A stretch of 64,000 nucleotides of DNA from Thermoanaerobaculia bacterium. Its GTDB lineage: Bacteria; Acidobacteriota; Thermoanaerobaculia; Multivoradales; UBA5704. The notes below the pieces were generated by a model that saw nothing but the letters and a program-made list of their open reading frames with translations, was not told the DNA's origin and ran no database searches. The position numbers were made by a program, and so were the translations under genes. The stretch spans positions 29,339 to 93,338 of the forward strand of contig DASVAS010000028.1 of the NCBI GenBank assembly GCA_036376245.1. Reading direction: 5' to 3'. Each line of letters begins with the position of its first letter. Within the stretch, counting starts at the first letter, position 1. Positions 19,713-30,139 of this stretch are shown in pieces.

Positions 19713-22700
19713 ATGCGCTCCGCGGTTGGGAGAGTCGCGCTTCTCCTGTTCGTCTCCGGCTTCTGCGCCCTGGTCTACCAGACGGCGTGGCTCCGCCTGT
19801 TCCGTCTGATCTTCGGCGCCTCCACGGCGGCCTCCGCCGCGGTGCTGGCCATCTTCATGGCCGGCCTGGGGCTGGGCGGCCTGCTGCTGGGCAAGCGGGC
19901 CGACCGCCACCCCTCGCCGCTGGGCCTCTACGCCCTGCTGGAGGCGGGCATCGCCGTCAGCGCCGGCCTGTCGCCCTGGCTGGTCGAGCTGGTGGAATGG
20001 ATCTACATCTCGCTCGGCGGCAGCGCCGCGCTGGGACTGACCGGCAGCACCCTGGTGCGGCTGCTGCTCTCCGTCCTGGTGCTCGGGCTGCCGACCTTCC
20101 TGATGGGCGGCACGCTGCCGGCCGTGGCGCGGGCGGTGGAGCGCTCGACGGACGCCGGCCGGCGGACCGTGGGCCTGCTCTACGCCGTCAACACCCTCGG
20201 GGCCGTGCTGGGGGTGATGCTCACCTCCTTCTTCGCCCTCGAGACGCTGGGGATCCGCAAGTCGGTGTGGATCGCGGCGCTGCTCAACCTGATCGTGGTG
20301 CTGGCCGCCCGCAGCCTGGCGCGCGAAATGACAGCCCGCCCGGAGGCGCCGGCCGCTCCGGAGGCCGCCCCCGAGCCGGACGGGGAGTCGCGGATCGGCT
20401 GGCTGGTGCCGCTGGCGGCCGGCGTGGTGGGCTTCGCCTTCCTGCTCATGGAGCTGGTCTGGTACCGCATGCTGGCGCCGCTGCTGGGCGGTTCCTCCTA
20501 CACCTTCGGGCTGATCCTGGCGGTGGCTCTGCTGGGGATCGGCGCCGGCGGCCTGCTCTACGGCGCGGGCGAGGCCCGGCGGCGGCCCACCATGCTCTCG
20601 TTCGCTGCCACCTGCTCTCTCGAAGCCCTGTTCATGGCCCTCCCCTTCGCCCTGGGCGACCGGGTGGCGGTGCTGGCCGCCCTGCTGCGGCCGCTGGGCA
20701 CCGCGGGCTTCCCGGCCCTGGTGGGGGCCTGGACGGCGATCACGGCCCTGGTGGTGCTGCCGGCGGCGATCGTGGCCGGCTACCAGTTCCCGCTGCTGAT
20801 CGCCCTGCTGGGCGAGGGGCGCCGCCGGGTGGGCCGGGAGGTGGGGGTGACCTACGCGGCCAACACCCTGGGGGCCATCCTGGGCTCCATCGCCGGCGGC
20901 TTCGGGCTGATCCCGCTGCTGACCGCGCCGGGCGTCTGGCGGCTGGTGACGGCCCTGCTGCTCGCTCTGGCGGCGCTGACGATCCTGGCCGGGCTGCGCG
21001 CCGGCGCGCAGCGCCGGGCCGCCCTGACGCCGCTGGCGGCGGGCGTCCTCGGCCTCCTCTTCTGCCTCTCCACGGGTCCCACCGCCTTCTGGCGGCATTC
21101 CCCGATCGGCGCCGGCCGCATGCCGACCGCCCACTGGACCGGGCCGAACGAGATCCGCAGCCAGGTCGACCAGAAGAGCCTGCGCACCGTCTGGGAGGCG
21201 GACGGGGTGGAGAGCAGCGTCGCCCTCGACCTCTCGGTCGAGTACGCCTTCATGATCAACGGCAAGTCCGACGGCAGCACGCTGGGGGACTCCCCCACCC
21301 AGGTGATGAGCGGCCTGGTGGCGGCGGCGCTGCACCCGAATCCGAAGCGGGTGCTGGTCATCGGCCTGGGCACGGGGAGCACGGCCGGCTGGCTCGCCCG
21401 CATCCCGTCCGTGGAGCGGGTGGACGTGGTGGAACTGGAGCCGGTCATCGAGCACGTGTCGCGCGTCCTCTCCAAGATCAACCTGGACGTGCTCTCCAAT
21501 CCCAAGGTCCGCCTCTACGAGGGGGACGGCCGGGAGTTCCTGCTCACCACGCGCGAGCGCTACGACATCATCTTCTCCGAGCCTTCGAACCCCTACCGGG
21601 CGGGGGTGGCGAGCCTGTTCAGCCAGGACTTCTACCGCGCCGCCATCGGGCGGCTGCAATCGGGCGGCATCTTCCTCCAGTGGCTGCAGGGCTACGAGGT
21701 GGACGCCCAGATGCTGCGCACGGCCTACGCCACGCTGACCTCGGTCTTCCCGACGGTCGAGAGCTGGCACGTCCATTACGCGGACACCCTGCTGATCGCC
21801 ACTCCCGAGCCCCTGGTCCATGACTTCGACCGCGTGCGGCGGCGCATGGCCCAGGAGCCGTACCGCACCGCCCTGGCCCGCACCTGGGGAGTCGACGGCG
21901 CCGAGGGTCTCTACGCCGGCTTCCTGGCCGCCCCCTCCTTCATCCGCGACGTGGCCGAGGCCGCGGGGGACAGCGTCAACACCGACGACCGCCCGATCCT
22001 GGAGTTCGGCTTCGCCAGGAACCTGGGCCGGCCGGGGCTGATCGACCTGTACGACGTGGCCAACCTGGTGAAGGCGCGCGGGGAGGACCGTCCGGCGGGC
22101 CGCGGCGCGCCCCTGGACTGGGGCCGGGTGGGAGAGATGCAGGTGGCGATCTCCGCCTACGAGGAGGAGATCTACCCCGATCCCGACCCGCGCGGCGACC
22201 GCGCGGCGCGGCTGCGCATCGCCGCCCGCCACGCCTGGGTGCGCGAGGACTTCCAGCGCGCCTGCGGCTACTGGTTCCGGCAGCCGCAGCCGCCCACCGC
22301 CCACGCCGACGTGCTGCTGGTGGCCGAGTGCCTCGCCGCGGCGGCGGACGCCCGCCTGCCGCAGGCCGCCGCCTGGCTCGCCCGCGAGCAACCCATCGAG
22401 GCCCAGATGGTCTTGGCCCGCTGGCACATGGCGTCCGGCCGGCCGCGGGAAGCGGCCGAGAGCCTGCTGACGGCTCTCCGCGGCTATCAGAATGACCCCT
22501 GGGTCTACCGCCCCCTGGTTCGGCGGACCCTCCCCATGGTCATCGACCTGGCGCGGTGGGACCGCGCCGTGGGGCTGCGGCTCTTCGAGACCCTGTCGCG
22601 GCCGTTCTCCACCGACATGTTCCACCACCAGCGGCTCCTCAACCGCATCTGGCTCGCCCGCGAGCTGGGCTCGCCGCGGCTGTGCGCCGAAGCCCTGGCC

Positions 22701-22856
22701 GCGTTCGAGCCCCACGTGCCGTGGGAGGAGCAGGTCCTGACCTTCCGCTACGAGTGCTACCAGGCGGCGAAGAGCCCGCTGTTGGACCGGGCGCGGGAGG
22801 ACCTGGAGGCCTACCGCGCCGCCGCGCCGCCCGCCATGACGATGGCGAGCCGATAG
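19713..22856 (+). CDS. Fused MFS-type membrane domain and spermidine-synthase-like domain protein, paralog 1 of 3 (1047 aa), with a divergent C-terminal helical domain.
   Basis: The N-terminal roughly 450 aa are polytopic. The middle is an aminopropyltransferase-like fold (VLVIGLGTGSTAGWLARIPSVERVDVVELEP..., EGDGREFL, YDIIFSEPSNPYRAGVASLFSQDFY). The C-terminal roughly 300 aa are helical. The protein is near-identical at the N-terminus to the two downstream copies. Confidence 0.8.
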   Translation: MRSAVGRVALLLFVSGFCALVYQTAWLRLFRLIFGASTAASAAVLAIFMAGLGLGGLLLGKRADRHPSPLGLYALLEAGIAVSAGLSPWLVELVEWIYISLGGSAALGLTGSTLVRLLLSVLVLGLPTFLMGGTLPAVARAVERSTDAGRRTVGLLYAVNTLGAVLGVMLTSFFALETLGIRKSVWIAALLNLIVVLAARSLAREMTARPEAPAAPEAAPEPDGESRIGWLVPLAAGVVGFAFLLMELVWYRMLAPLLGGSSYTFGLILAVALLGIGAGGLLYGAGEARRRPTMLSFAATCSLEALFMALPFALGDRVAVLAALLRPLGTAGFPALVGAWTAITALVVLPAAIVAGYQFPLLIALLGEGRRRVGREVGVTYAANTLGAILGSIAGGFGLIPLLTAPGVWRLVTALLLALAALTILAGLRAGAQRRAALTPLAAGVLGLLFCLSTGPTAFWRHSPIGAGRMPTAHWTGPNEIRSQVDQKSLRTVWEADGVESSVALDLSVEYAFMINGKSDGSTLGDSPTQVMSGLVAAALHPNPKRVLVIGLGTGSTAGWLARIPSVERVDVVELEPVIEHVSRVLSKINLDVLSNPKVRLYEGDGREFLLTTRERYDIIFSEPSNPYRAGVASLFSQDFYRAAIGRLQSGGIFLQWLQGYEVDAQMLRTAYATLTSVFPTVESWHVHYADTLLIATPEPLVHDFDRVRRRMAQEPYRTALARTWGVDGAEGLYAGFLAAPSFIRDVAEAAGDSVNTDDRPILEFGFARNLGRPGLIDLYDVANLVKARGEDRPAGRGAPLDWGRVGEMQVAISAYEEEIYPDPDPRGDRAARLRIAARHAWVREDFQRACGYWFRQPQPPTAHADVLLVAECLAAAADARLPQAAAWLAREQPIEAQMVLARWHMASGRPREAAESLLTALRGYQNDPWVYRPLVRRTLPMVIDLARWDRAVGLRLFETLSRPFSTDMFHHQRLLNRIWLARELGSPRLCAEALAAFEPHVPWEEQVLTFRYECYQAAKSPLLDRAREDLEAYRAAAPPAMTMASR

Positions 22857-22871
22857 GAGGAGCCTGAAGGG

Positions 22872-25800
22872 ATGCGTTCGGCCGTCGCGAGAGTCGCCCT
22901 CCTGCTGTTCGTCTCCGGTTTCTGCGCCCTGGTCTACCAGACGGCGTGGCTGCGGCTTTTCCGGCTGATCTTCGGCGCGTCCACCGCGGCCTCGGCCGCG
23001 GTGCTGGCCATCTTCATGGCCGGCCTGGGATTCGGCGGCCTGCTGCTGGGCAAGCGGGCCGACCGCCACCGCTCGCCGCTTGGCCTGTACGCCACGCTGG
23101 AGGCGGGTATCGCCATCTCGGCCGGCCTGTCGCCCTGGCTGGTGAAGCTGGTGGAATGGGTCTACATCTCGCTCGGCGGCAGCGCCGCGCTGGGGCTGGC
23201 CGGGAGCACCCTGGTGCGGCTGCTGCTCTCCGTCCTGGTGCTGGGAGTGCCGACCTTCCTGATGGGCGGCACGCTGCCGGCGGTGGCGCGGGCGGTCGAG
23301 CGCTCGACGGACGCCGGCCGGCGGACCGTGGGCCTGCTCTACGCCGTCAACACCCTGGGCGCGGTGCTGGGCGTGCTGCTGACCACCTTCTTCGCCATCG
23401 AGGAGCTGGGGGTCCGCAAGACGGTCTGGATCTCGGCGCTGCTCAACCTGCTGGTGGTGCTGGCGGCGCGGAGCCTGGCCCGGCGGCTGGGAGAGGGGCG
23501 GACGGAAGAAGCCGCGGTGGAGGAGGAGGCTCCCGGAGCGGAGTCCCGGATCGGCTGGCTGGCGCCGTTCGCGGCCGGGCTGGTGGGCTTCGCCTTCCTG
23601 CTGATGGAGCTGGTCTGGTACCGCATGCTGGCGCCGCTGCTGGGCGGCTCGGTCTACACCTTCGGCCTGATCCTGGCCGTGGCCCTGCTGGGGATCGGCC
23701 TCGGCGGCCTGCTCTACGGCGCCGGCGAGGCCCGGCGGCGGCCCGCCATGCTCTCCTTCGCCGCCACCTGCGCGCTGGAAGCCCTGTTCATGGCCCTTCC
23801 CTTCGCCCTGGGCGACCGGGTGGCGGTGATGGCAGCTCTGCTGCGCCCCCTCGGGGTCTACGGCTTCGCCTCCCTGGTGGGAGCCTGGTCGGCGATCACC
23901 GCCCTGGTGGTGCTGCCGGCGGCGATCGTCGCCGGCTACCAGTTCCCGCTGCTGATCGCCCTGCTGGGCGAGGGGCGCCGCCGGGTGGGCCGCGAGGTGG
24001 GGATCACCTACGCGGCCAACACCCTGGGGGCCATCCTGGGCTCCATCGCCGGCGGCTTCGGCTTGATCCCGCTGCTGACCGCGCCGGGCGTCTGGCGGCT
24101 GGTCGCGGCGCTGCTCCTGGGGCTCGCGGCGGTGACGACCGTGGTGGGCCTGCGGGCGGGGGCCCCGCGCCGGGCCGCCCTGGTCCCTGTGATGGCGGGC
24201 GTCCTGGGGGTCGTCTTCTGCCTCGCCACCGGCCCCACGGCCTTCTGGCGGCACTCGCCCATCGGCGCCGGCCGGGTGGAGACCGCGAAGTGGACGGGGC
24301 CGAACGACGTGCGGCGGAACATCGAGGACCTGCGGCGCCGCGTCGTCTGGGAGGCCGACGGCGTGGAGAGCAGCGTCGCCCTCGACCTCACCATGGAGTA
24401 CGCCTTCATCGTCAACGGCAAGGCCGACGGCAGCACCCTGGGGGATTCGCCGACCCAGGTGATGAGCGGCCTGGTGGGCGCGGCGCTGCATCCGAATCCG
24501 AAGCGGGTGCTGGTCATCGGCCTGGGGACGGGGAGCACGGCGGGCTGGCTCGCCCGCATCCCCTCCATCGAGCGGGTGGACGTGGTGGAGCTGGAGCCCG
24601 CCATCGAGCACGTGGCCAAGGTCCTCTCCAAGGTCAATCTGGACGTGCTCTCCAATCCCAAGGTCCACCGCTACGACGGCGACGGCCGGGAGTTCCTGCT
24701 GACCACGCGCGAGACCTACGACGTCATCTTCTCCGAGCCGTCCAACCCCTACCGGGCGGGGATCGCGAGCCTGTTCAGCCAGGACTTCTACCGGGCGGCC
24801 GTGGGCCGGCTGCGGCCGGGGGGCATCTTCCTCCAGTGGCTGCAGGGCTACGAGATGGACGCCCACATGCTGCGCACGGCCTACGCCACGCTGACCTCCG
24901 TCTTCCCGGCGGTCGAGAGCTGGCAGATCCACTACTCCGACCTGCTGCTGATCGCCACCGTCGAGCCCCTGGCGCACGACTTCGACCGCGTGCGGGCGCG
25001 GATGGCCGGCGAGCCCTACCGCACCGCCCTGGCCCGCACCTGGGGGGTGGCGGACGCCGAGGGCTTCTACGCCGGCTACCTGGCCGCGCCGTCCTTCGCG
25101 CGGGCGGTGAGCGAGGCCGGGGGGGACGACGTCGTCAACACCGACGACCGCCCCGTGCTCGAGTTCGGCTTCGCCAAGAGCCTGGGCCGGCTGGGTCTGT
25201 TCGACGTCGCCAACCTCCTGGACCTGGTGAAGGCGCGCGGGGAGCACCGCCCGGCGGGCCGGGGGGCGCCCCTGGACTGGGCCAGGGTGGGAGAGATGCA
25301 GGTCGCCATCTCCGCCTATGCCGAGGAGGTCTTCCCCGATCCGGACCCGCGGGGGGACCGCGGAGCGCGGCTGCGCATCGCCGCCCGCCACGCCGCGGCC
25401 CGCGACCAGCTCCGGGAGGCCTGCGGCCACTGGCTCGCCCAGCCCGAGCCCCCCCGTGTCCACGGCGACCTGCTGCTGGTGGCCGAGTGTCTGGCCGACG
25501 CCGCCCACCCCCGCCTGCCGCAGGCCGCGGCCTGGCTGGCCCGCGAGCAACCCATCGAGGCCGAGATGGTCCTGGCCCGCTGGCACGCCGCCGCCGGCCG
25601 TCCGAAGGAGGCGACCGATCACCTGGTGGCGGCGTTCCAGGCCTACCGGTCGGACCCCTGGGTCTACCGTCCCCTGGTCCGGCGGACCCTGCCGTTGGCC
25701 ATCGATCTGGCGCGGGGGGACCGCGCCCTGGGCGCGCGGCTCTACGACGGGCTGTCGCGGCCGTTTTCCACCGACATGCTGGAGCAGCTCCGCCGGCTGG

Positions 25801-26018
25801 TCCGCCTCTGGGTGGCCCGCGAGCTGGGCGAGCCCCGGCTGTGCGCCGAGGCCCTCGCCTCCCTGGAGCCCCACCCGCCGTGGGATGAGCAGGTCCTGGA
25901 GTTCCGGTACGAGTGCTACCAGGCGGCGGGGAGCCCGCTCGCGGACCGGGCGCGGCAGGCCCTGGAGGCGTTCCGGGCCGCCGCGCCGCCCGTCCTGAAA
26001 GCCGATCTGGCGAAGTAG
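22872..26018 (+). CDS. Fused MFS/spermidine-synthase-like protein, paralog 2 of 3 (1048 aa).
   Basis: It starts 15 nt after paralog 1, preceded by a GGAGG ribosome-binding site. It has the same architecture and roughly 85-90% nucleotide identity to copy 1 over the 5' half. Confidence 0.8.
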   Translation: MRSAVARVALLLFVSGFCALVYQTAWLRLFRLIFGASTAASAAVLAIFMAGLGFGGLLLGKRADRHRSPLGLYATLEAGIAISAGLSPWLVKLVEWVYISLGGSAALGLAGSTLVRLLLSVLVLGVPTFLMGGTLPAVARAVERSTDAGRRTVGLLYAVNTLGAVLGVLLTTFFAIEELGVRKTVWISALLNLLVVLAARSLARRLGEGRTEEAAVEEEAPGAESRIGWLAPFAAGLVGFAFLLMELVWYRMLAPLLGGSVYTFGLILAVALLGIGLGGLLYGAGEARRRPAMLSFAATCALEALFMALPFALGDRVAVMAALLRPLGVYGFASLVGAWSAITALVVLPAAIVAGYQFPLLIALLGEGRRRVGREVGITYAANTLGAILGSIAGGFGLIPLLTAPGVWRLVAALLLGLAAVTTVVGLRAGAPRRAALVPVMAGVLGVVFCLATGPTAFWRHSPIGAGRVETAKWTGPNDVRRNIEDLRRRVVWEADGVESSVALDLTMEYAFIVNGKADGSTLGDSPTQVMSGLVGAALHPNPKRVLVIGLGTGSTAGWLARIPSIERVDVVELEPAIEHVAKVLSKVNLDVLSNPKVHRYDGDGREFLLTTRETYDVIFSEPSNPYRAGIASLFSQDFYRAAVGRLRPGGIFLQWLQGYEMDAHMLRTAYATLTSVFPAVESWQIHYSDLLLIATVEPLAHDFDRVRARMAGEPYRTALARTWGVADAEGFYAGYLAAPSFARAVSEAGGDDVVNTDDRPVLEFGFAKSLGRLGLFDVANLLDLVKARGEHRPAGRGAPLDWARVGEMQVAISAYAEEVFPDPDPRGDRGARLRIAARHAAARDQLREACGHWLAQPEPPRVHGDLLLVAECLADAAHPRLPQAAAWLAREQPIEAEMVLARWHAAAGRPKEATDHLVAAFQAYRSDPWVYRPLVRRTLPLAIDLARGDRALGARLYDGLSRPFSTDMLEQLRRLVRLWVARELGEPRLCAEALASLEPHPPWDEQVLEFRYECYQAAGSPLADRARQALEAFRAAAPPVLKADLAK

Positions 26019-26031
26019 GAGTCATCGAAAA

Positions 26032-29000
26032 ATGCGTTCAGCGGTCGCAAGGGTCGCCCTTCTTCTCTTCGTCTCCGGCTTCTGCGCCCTGGTCTACCAG
26101 ACGGCGTGGCTCCGGCTGTTCCGCCTGGTCTTCGGCGCTTCAACCGCGGCCTCGGCCGCGGTGCTGGCCATCTTCATGGCCGGCCTGGGGTTCGGCGGCC
26201 TGCTGCTGGGCAAGCGGGCCGACCGCCACCGCTCGCCGCTGGGCCTGTACGCCGCGCTGGAGGCGGGCATCGCCATCAGCGCCGGCCTCTCGCCCTGGCT
26301 GGTGAAGCTGGTGGAATGGGTCTACATCTCGCTCGGCGGCAGCGCCGCGTTGGGGCTGGCCGGGAGCACCGTGGTGCGGCTGCTGCTCTCCACCCTGGTG
26401 CTGGGAGTCCCGACCTTCCTGATGGGGGGCACGCTGCCGGCCGTGGCGCGGGCCGTGGAGCGCGGCACCGACGCCGGCCGGCGGACCGTGGGCCTGCTCT
26501 ACGCCGTCAACACCCTGGGCGCGGTGCTGGGCGTCGGGCTGACCTCCTTCTTCGCCCTGGAGATGCTGGGCATCCGCAAGACGGTCTGGATCGCGGCGCT
26601 GCTCAACCTGCTGGTGGTGCTGGCGGCGCGCAGCCTGGCCCGGAGCCTCGCGGCGGAGAGGTCCGCCGAGGAAGCCGCGGAGGAGGCTGTGGAAGAGGGG
26701 GAGCGGTCGCGAATCGGCTGGCTGGTGCCGCTGGCGGCGGGGATCGTGGGCTTCGCCTTCCTGCTGATGGAGCTGGTCTGGTACCGCATGCTGGCGCCGC
26801 TCCTGGGCGGCTCCTCCTACACCTTCGGCCTGATCCTGGCCGTGGCCCTGCTGGGCATCGGCGTCGGCGGCCTGCTCTACGGCGCGGGGGAGGCGCGGCG
26901 GCGGCCGACGATGCTCTCCTTCGCCGCCACCTGCTCCCTGGAAGCCCTGTTCATGATCGTCCCCTTCGCCCTGGGGGACCGGCTGGCGGTGGCGGCCGCC
27001 CTCCTGCGGCCGATCGGCGGCGCCGGCTTCCCCGCCCTGGTGGGGGTCTGGACGCTGATCACGGCGCTGGTGGTGCTGCCGGCGGCGATCGTGGCCGGCT
27101 ACCAGTTCCCGCTCCTCATCGGCCTGCTGGGCCAGGGGCGCCGCCAGGTGGGCCGGGAGGTGGGGGTGACCTACGCCGCCAACACCCTGGGGGCCATCCT
27201 GGGCTCGATCGCCGGCGGCTTCGGCCTGCTGCCGCTGCTGACCGCGCCCGGGGTCTGGCGCCTGGTGGCGATCCTGCTCCTGGGGCTCGCGGCCGTGGCC
27301 GTGCTGGCCGGGTTGCGGGCCGGGGCCCCGCGCCGGGCGGTCCTGGTGCCCGCGGCGGCGGGCGTCCTGGGGCTCCTCCTCTGCTTCGCCACCGGGCCCT
27401 CGGCCTTCTGGCGGCATTCCCCCATCGGCGCCGGCCGGGTGGAGACCGCCAAGTGGACCGGGCCGAACGACATCCATGACCAGGTCTCGCAGATGCGCCA
27501 GCGCGTGACCTGGGAGGCGGAAGGGGTGGAAAGCAGCGTCGCCCTCGACCTGACGATGGAGTACTCGCTGATCGTCAACGGCAAGTCCGACGGCACCGCC
27601 ACCGCCGACGCGCCGACGCAGGTCCTCAGCGGTCTGATCGGCAGCATGGTCCACCCGAATCCCCGCCGCATCCTGGTCATCGGCCTGGGGACGGGGAGCA
27701 CGGCGGGCTGGCTCGCCCAGGTGCCGTCCGTCGAGCGGGTGGACGTGGTGGAGCTGGAGCCGGCCATCGCCCACGTGGGCCGCGTCCTCGCCAAGGTCAA
27801 CCTGGACGTAATGTCCAACCCCAAGGTCCACTTCTACGCCGGCGACGGCCGCGAGCTCCTCCTTGCCAAGGGGGATTCCTACGACCTGATCTTCTCCGAG
27901 CCCTCGAACCCCTACCGGGCCGGCGTCGCCAGCCTCTACAGCCAGGACTTCTACCGCGCCGCCCTGCGCCGCCTGCGGCCGGGCGGCCTCTTCCTCCAGT
28001 GGCTCCAGGGCTATGAGACCGACTTCCAGGTGGTGCGCACCGTCTACGCCACCCTGGGGTCGGTCTTCCCGGCGGTGGAGAGCTGGCAGACCCACCGGGT
28101 GGACCTGATGCTGATGGCGAGCCGCGAGCCGGTGGCGCACGACGTCTCCCTCGTGCGGAAACGGGCGGCCATGGAGCCCTACCGCACGGCCCTCTCCCGC
28201 ATCTGGGGGGTGGCGGGCGCCGAGGGCTTCTACTCCGCCTACGTGGCCCGGCCCTCCTTCGCGCGGGCCGTGGCCGACGCCGAGGGCTCCGCCGTCAACA
28301 CCGACGACCGCCCGATCCTGGAGTTCGGCTACGCCAAGAACCTCGGCCGCTTCAACATGTTCCAGCCCGCCGACCTCCACGCCCTGGCGAAGTCGCGGCG
28401 GGAGAACCGGCCGGCGACCCGCGGCGAGCCGCTCGACTGGGCGCGCGTCGAGGAGGCGCGGGTGGCGCGGGCGGCCTGGTGGGGAGAGTCCCTGGAGGCT
28501 GCCGACCCACAGGGCGACCCGGACGCGCGGCATCGGATCTCCGCGCGGCAGGCGTTCGTGGACGACCGCCTGCCGCAGGCCTGCGCCGCCTGGTTCCGGC
28601 AGCCGGAGCCGCCCCGGTTCCACGTCGACAAGATGCTGGTCAGCCTGTGCCTCGCCGCAGCCGGCCATCCCCGCGCTCCGGAGTACGCCGCCCTGCTGGC
28701 CGGGGAACAGCCCATCGAGGCCGACCTGGTGCTCGCCCAGTGGCACGCCGCCGCGGGCCGGCCGGCGGCAGCCGGCGAGCACCTCCTGAAGGCGTTCGAG
28801 GGATTCCGCCGCGACCCCTGGATCTTCCGCCCTCTCGTCCAGCGGGTGCTGCCCGCCACGGTCACCCTCGCGCGGCGCGATCCGGCCCTCGGCGAGCGGC
28901 TCCTCCGTTCCCTCGACCAGCCGTTCGCCGTCCGCATGTTCGACCGCCAGCGGCTGATCACGCGCATCTGGCTGACCCAGGGGCTGAGCGCGCCGGAGCT

Positions 29001-29193
29001 CTGCGCCCGGGCCATCGCCCCGTTCGAGCCGCACTCCCCCTGGGAGGAGAGCTTCCTGCGCTACCGCCACGAGTGCTACCGCAAGCTGCGGCACCCGCTG
29101 GAGGCCAGGGCGCGGCGCGACCTGGAAGACTTCCTGGAGCACACTCCCCCCAGGCTCGCGGAGGGCCTGGAGCCGGCGCGGCCCTCTTCTTGA
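26032..29193 (+). CDS. Fused MFS/spermidine-synthase-like protein, paralog 3 of 3 (1053 aa), which has the most divergent C-terminal domain.
   Basis: It starts 13 nt after paralog 2. The N-terminal and aminopropyltransferase-like core are conserved (IFSEPSNPYRAGVASLYSQDFY). The C-terminal 300 aa have diverged. Confidence 0.8.
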   Translation: MRSAVARVALLLFVSGFCALVYQTAWLRLFRLVFGASTAASAAVLAIFMAGLGFGGLLLGKRADRHRSPLGLYAALEAGIAISAGLSPWLVKLVEWVYISLGGSAALGLAGSTVVRLLLSTLVLGVPTFLMGGTLPAVARAVERGTDAGRRTVGLLYAVNTLGAVLGVGLTSFFALEMLGIRKTVWIAALLNLLVVLAARSLARSLAAERSAEEAAEEAVEEGERSRIGWLVPLAAGIVGFAFLLMELVWYRMLAPLLGGSSYTFGLILAVALLGIGVGGLLYGAGEARRRPTMLSFAATCSLEALFMIVPFALGDRLAVAAALLRPIGGAGFPALVGVWTLITALVVLPAAIVAGYQFPLLIGLLGQGRRQVGREVGVTYAANTLGAILGSIAGGFGLLPLLTAPGVWRLVAILLLGLAAVAVLAGLRAGAPRRAVLVPAAAGVLGLLLCFATGPSAFWRHSPIGAGRVETAKWTGPNDIHDQVSQMRQRVTWEAEGVESSVALDLTMEYSLIVNGKSDGTATADAPTQVLSGLIGSMVHPNPRRILVIGLGTGSTAGWLAQVPSVERVDVVELEPAIAHVGRVLAKVNLDVMSNPKVHFYAGDGRELLLAKGDSYDLIFSEPSNPYRAGVASLYSQDFYRAALRRLRPGGLFLQWLQGYETDFQVVRTVYATLGSVFPAVESWQTHRVDLMLMASREPVAHDVSLVRKRAAMEPYRTALSRIWGVAGAEGFYSAYVARPSFARAVADAEGSAVNTDDRPILEFGYAKNLGRFNMFQPADLHALAKSRRENRPATRGEPLDWARVEEARVARAAWWGESLEAADPQGDPDARHRISARQAFVDDRLPQACAAWFRQPEPPRFHVDKMLVSLCLAAAGHPRAPEYAALLAGEQPIEADLVLAQWHAAAGRPAAAGEHLLKAFEGFRRDPWIFRPLVQRVLPATVTLARRDPALGERLLRSLDQPFAVRMFDRQRLITRIWLTQGLSAPELCARAIAPFEPHSPWEESFLRYRHECYRKLRHPLEARARRDLEDFLEHTPPRLAEGLEPARPSS

Positions 29194-29259
29194 CCCTCCG
29201 TCTTTGATCCCGTACGCTCCCGTTTCGCCCGATCCAGGGCGGTTGGGAGGGGTTTATAG

Positions 29260-30120
<861 letters not shown>

Positions 30121-30139
30121 GGGAGAGAACACAGAGCCC

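Noticed and set aside
18324-25874. A 2516-aa minus-strand ORF, the longest in the window.
   Set aside because: It lies antisense to the three plus-strand MFS/spermidine-synthase genes. Its translation is Arg/Gly/Ala/Pro low-complexity with no domains and no signal or transmembrane pattern. This is a typical GC-rich shadow ORF.
26140-29142. A 1000-aa minus-strand ORF.
   Set aside because: Antisense shadow of paralog 3 of the MFS/spermidine-synthase genes, with the same low-complexity composition.
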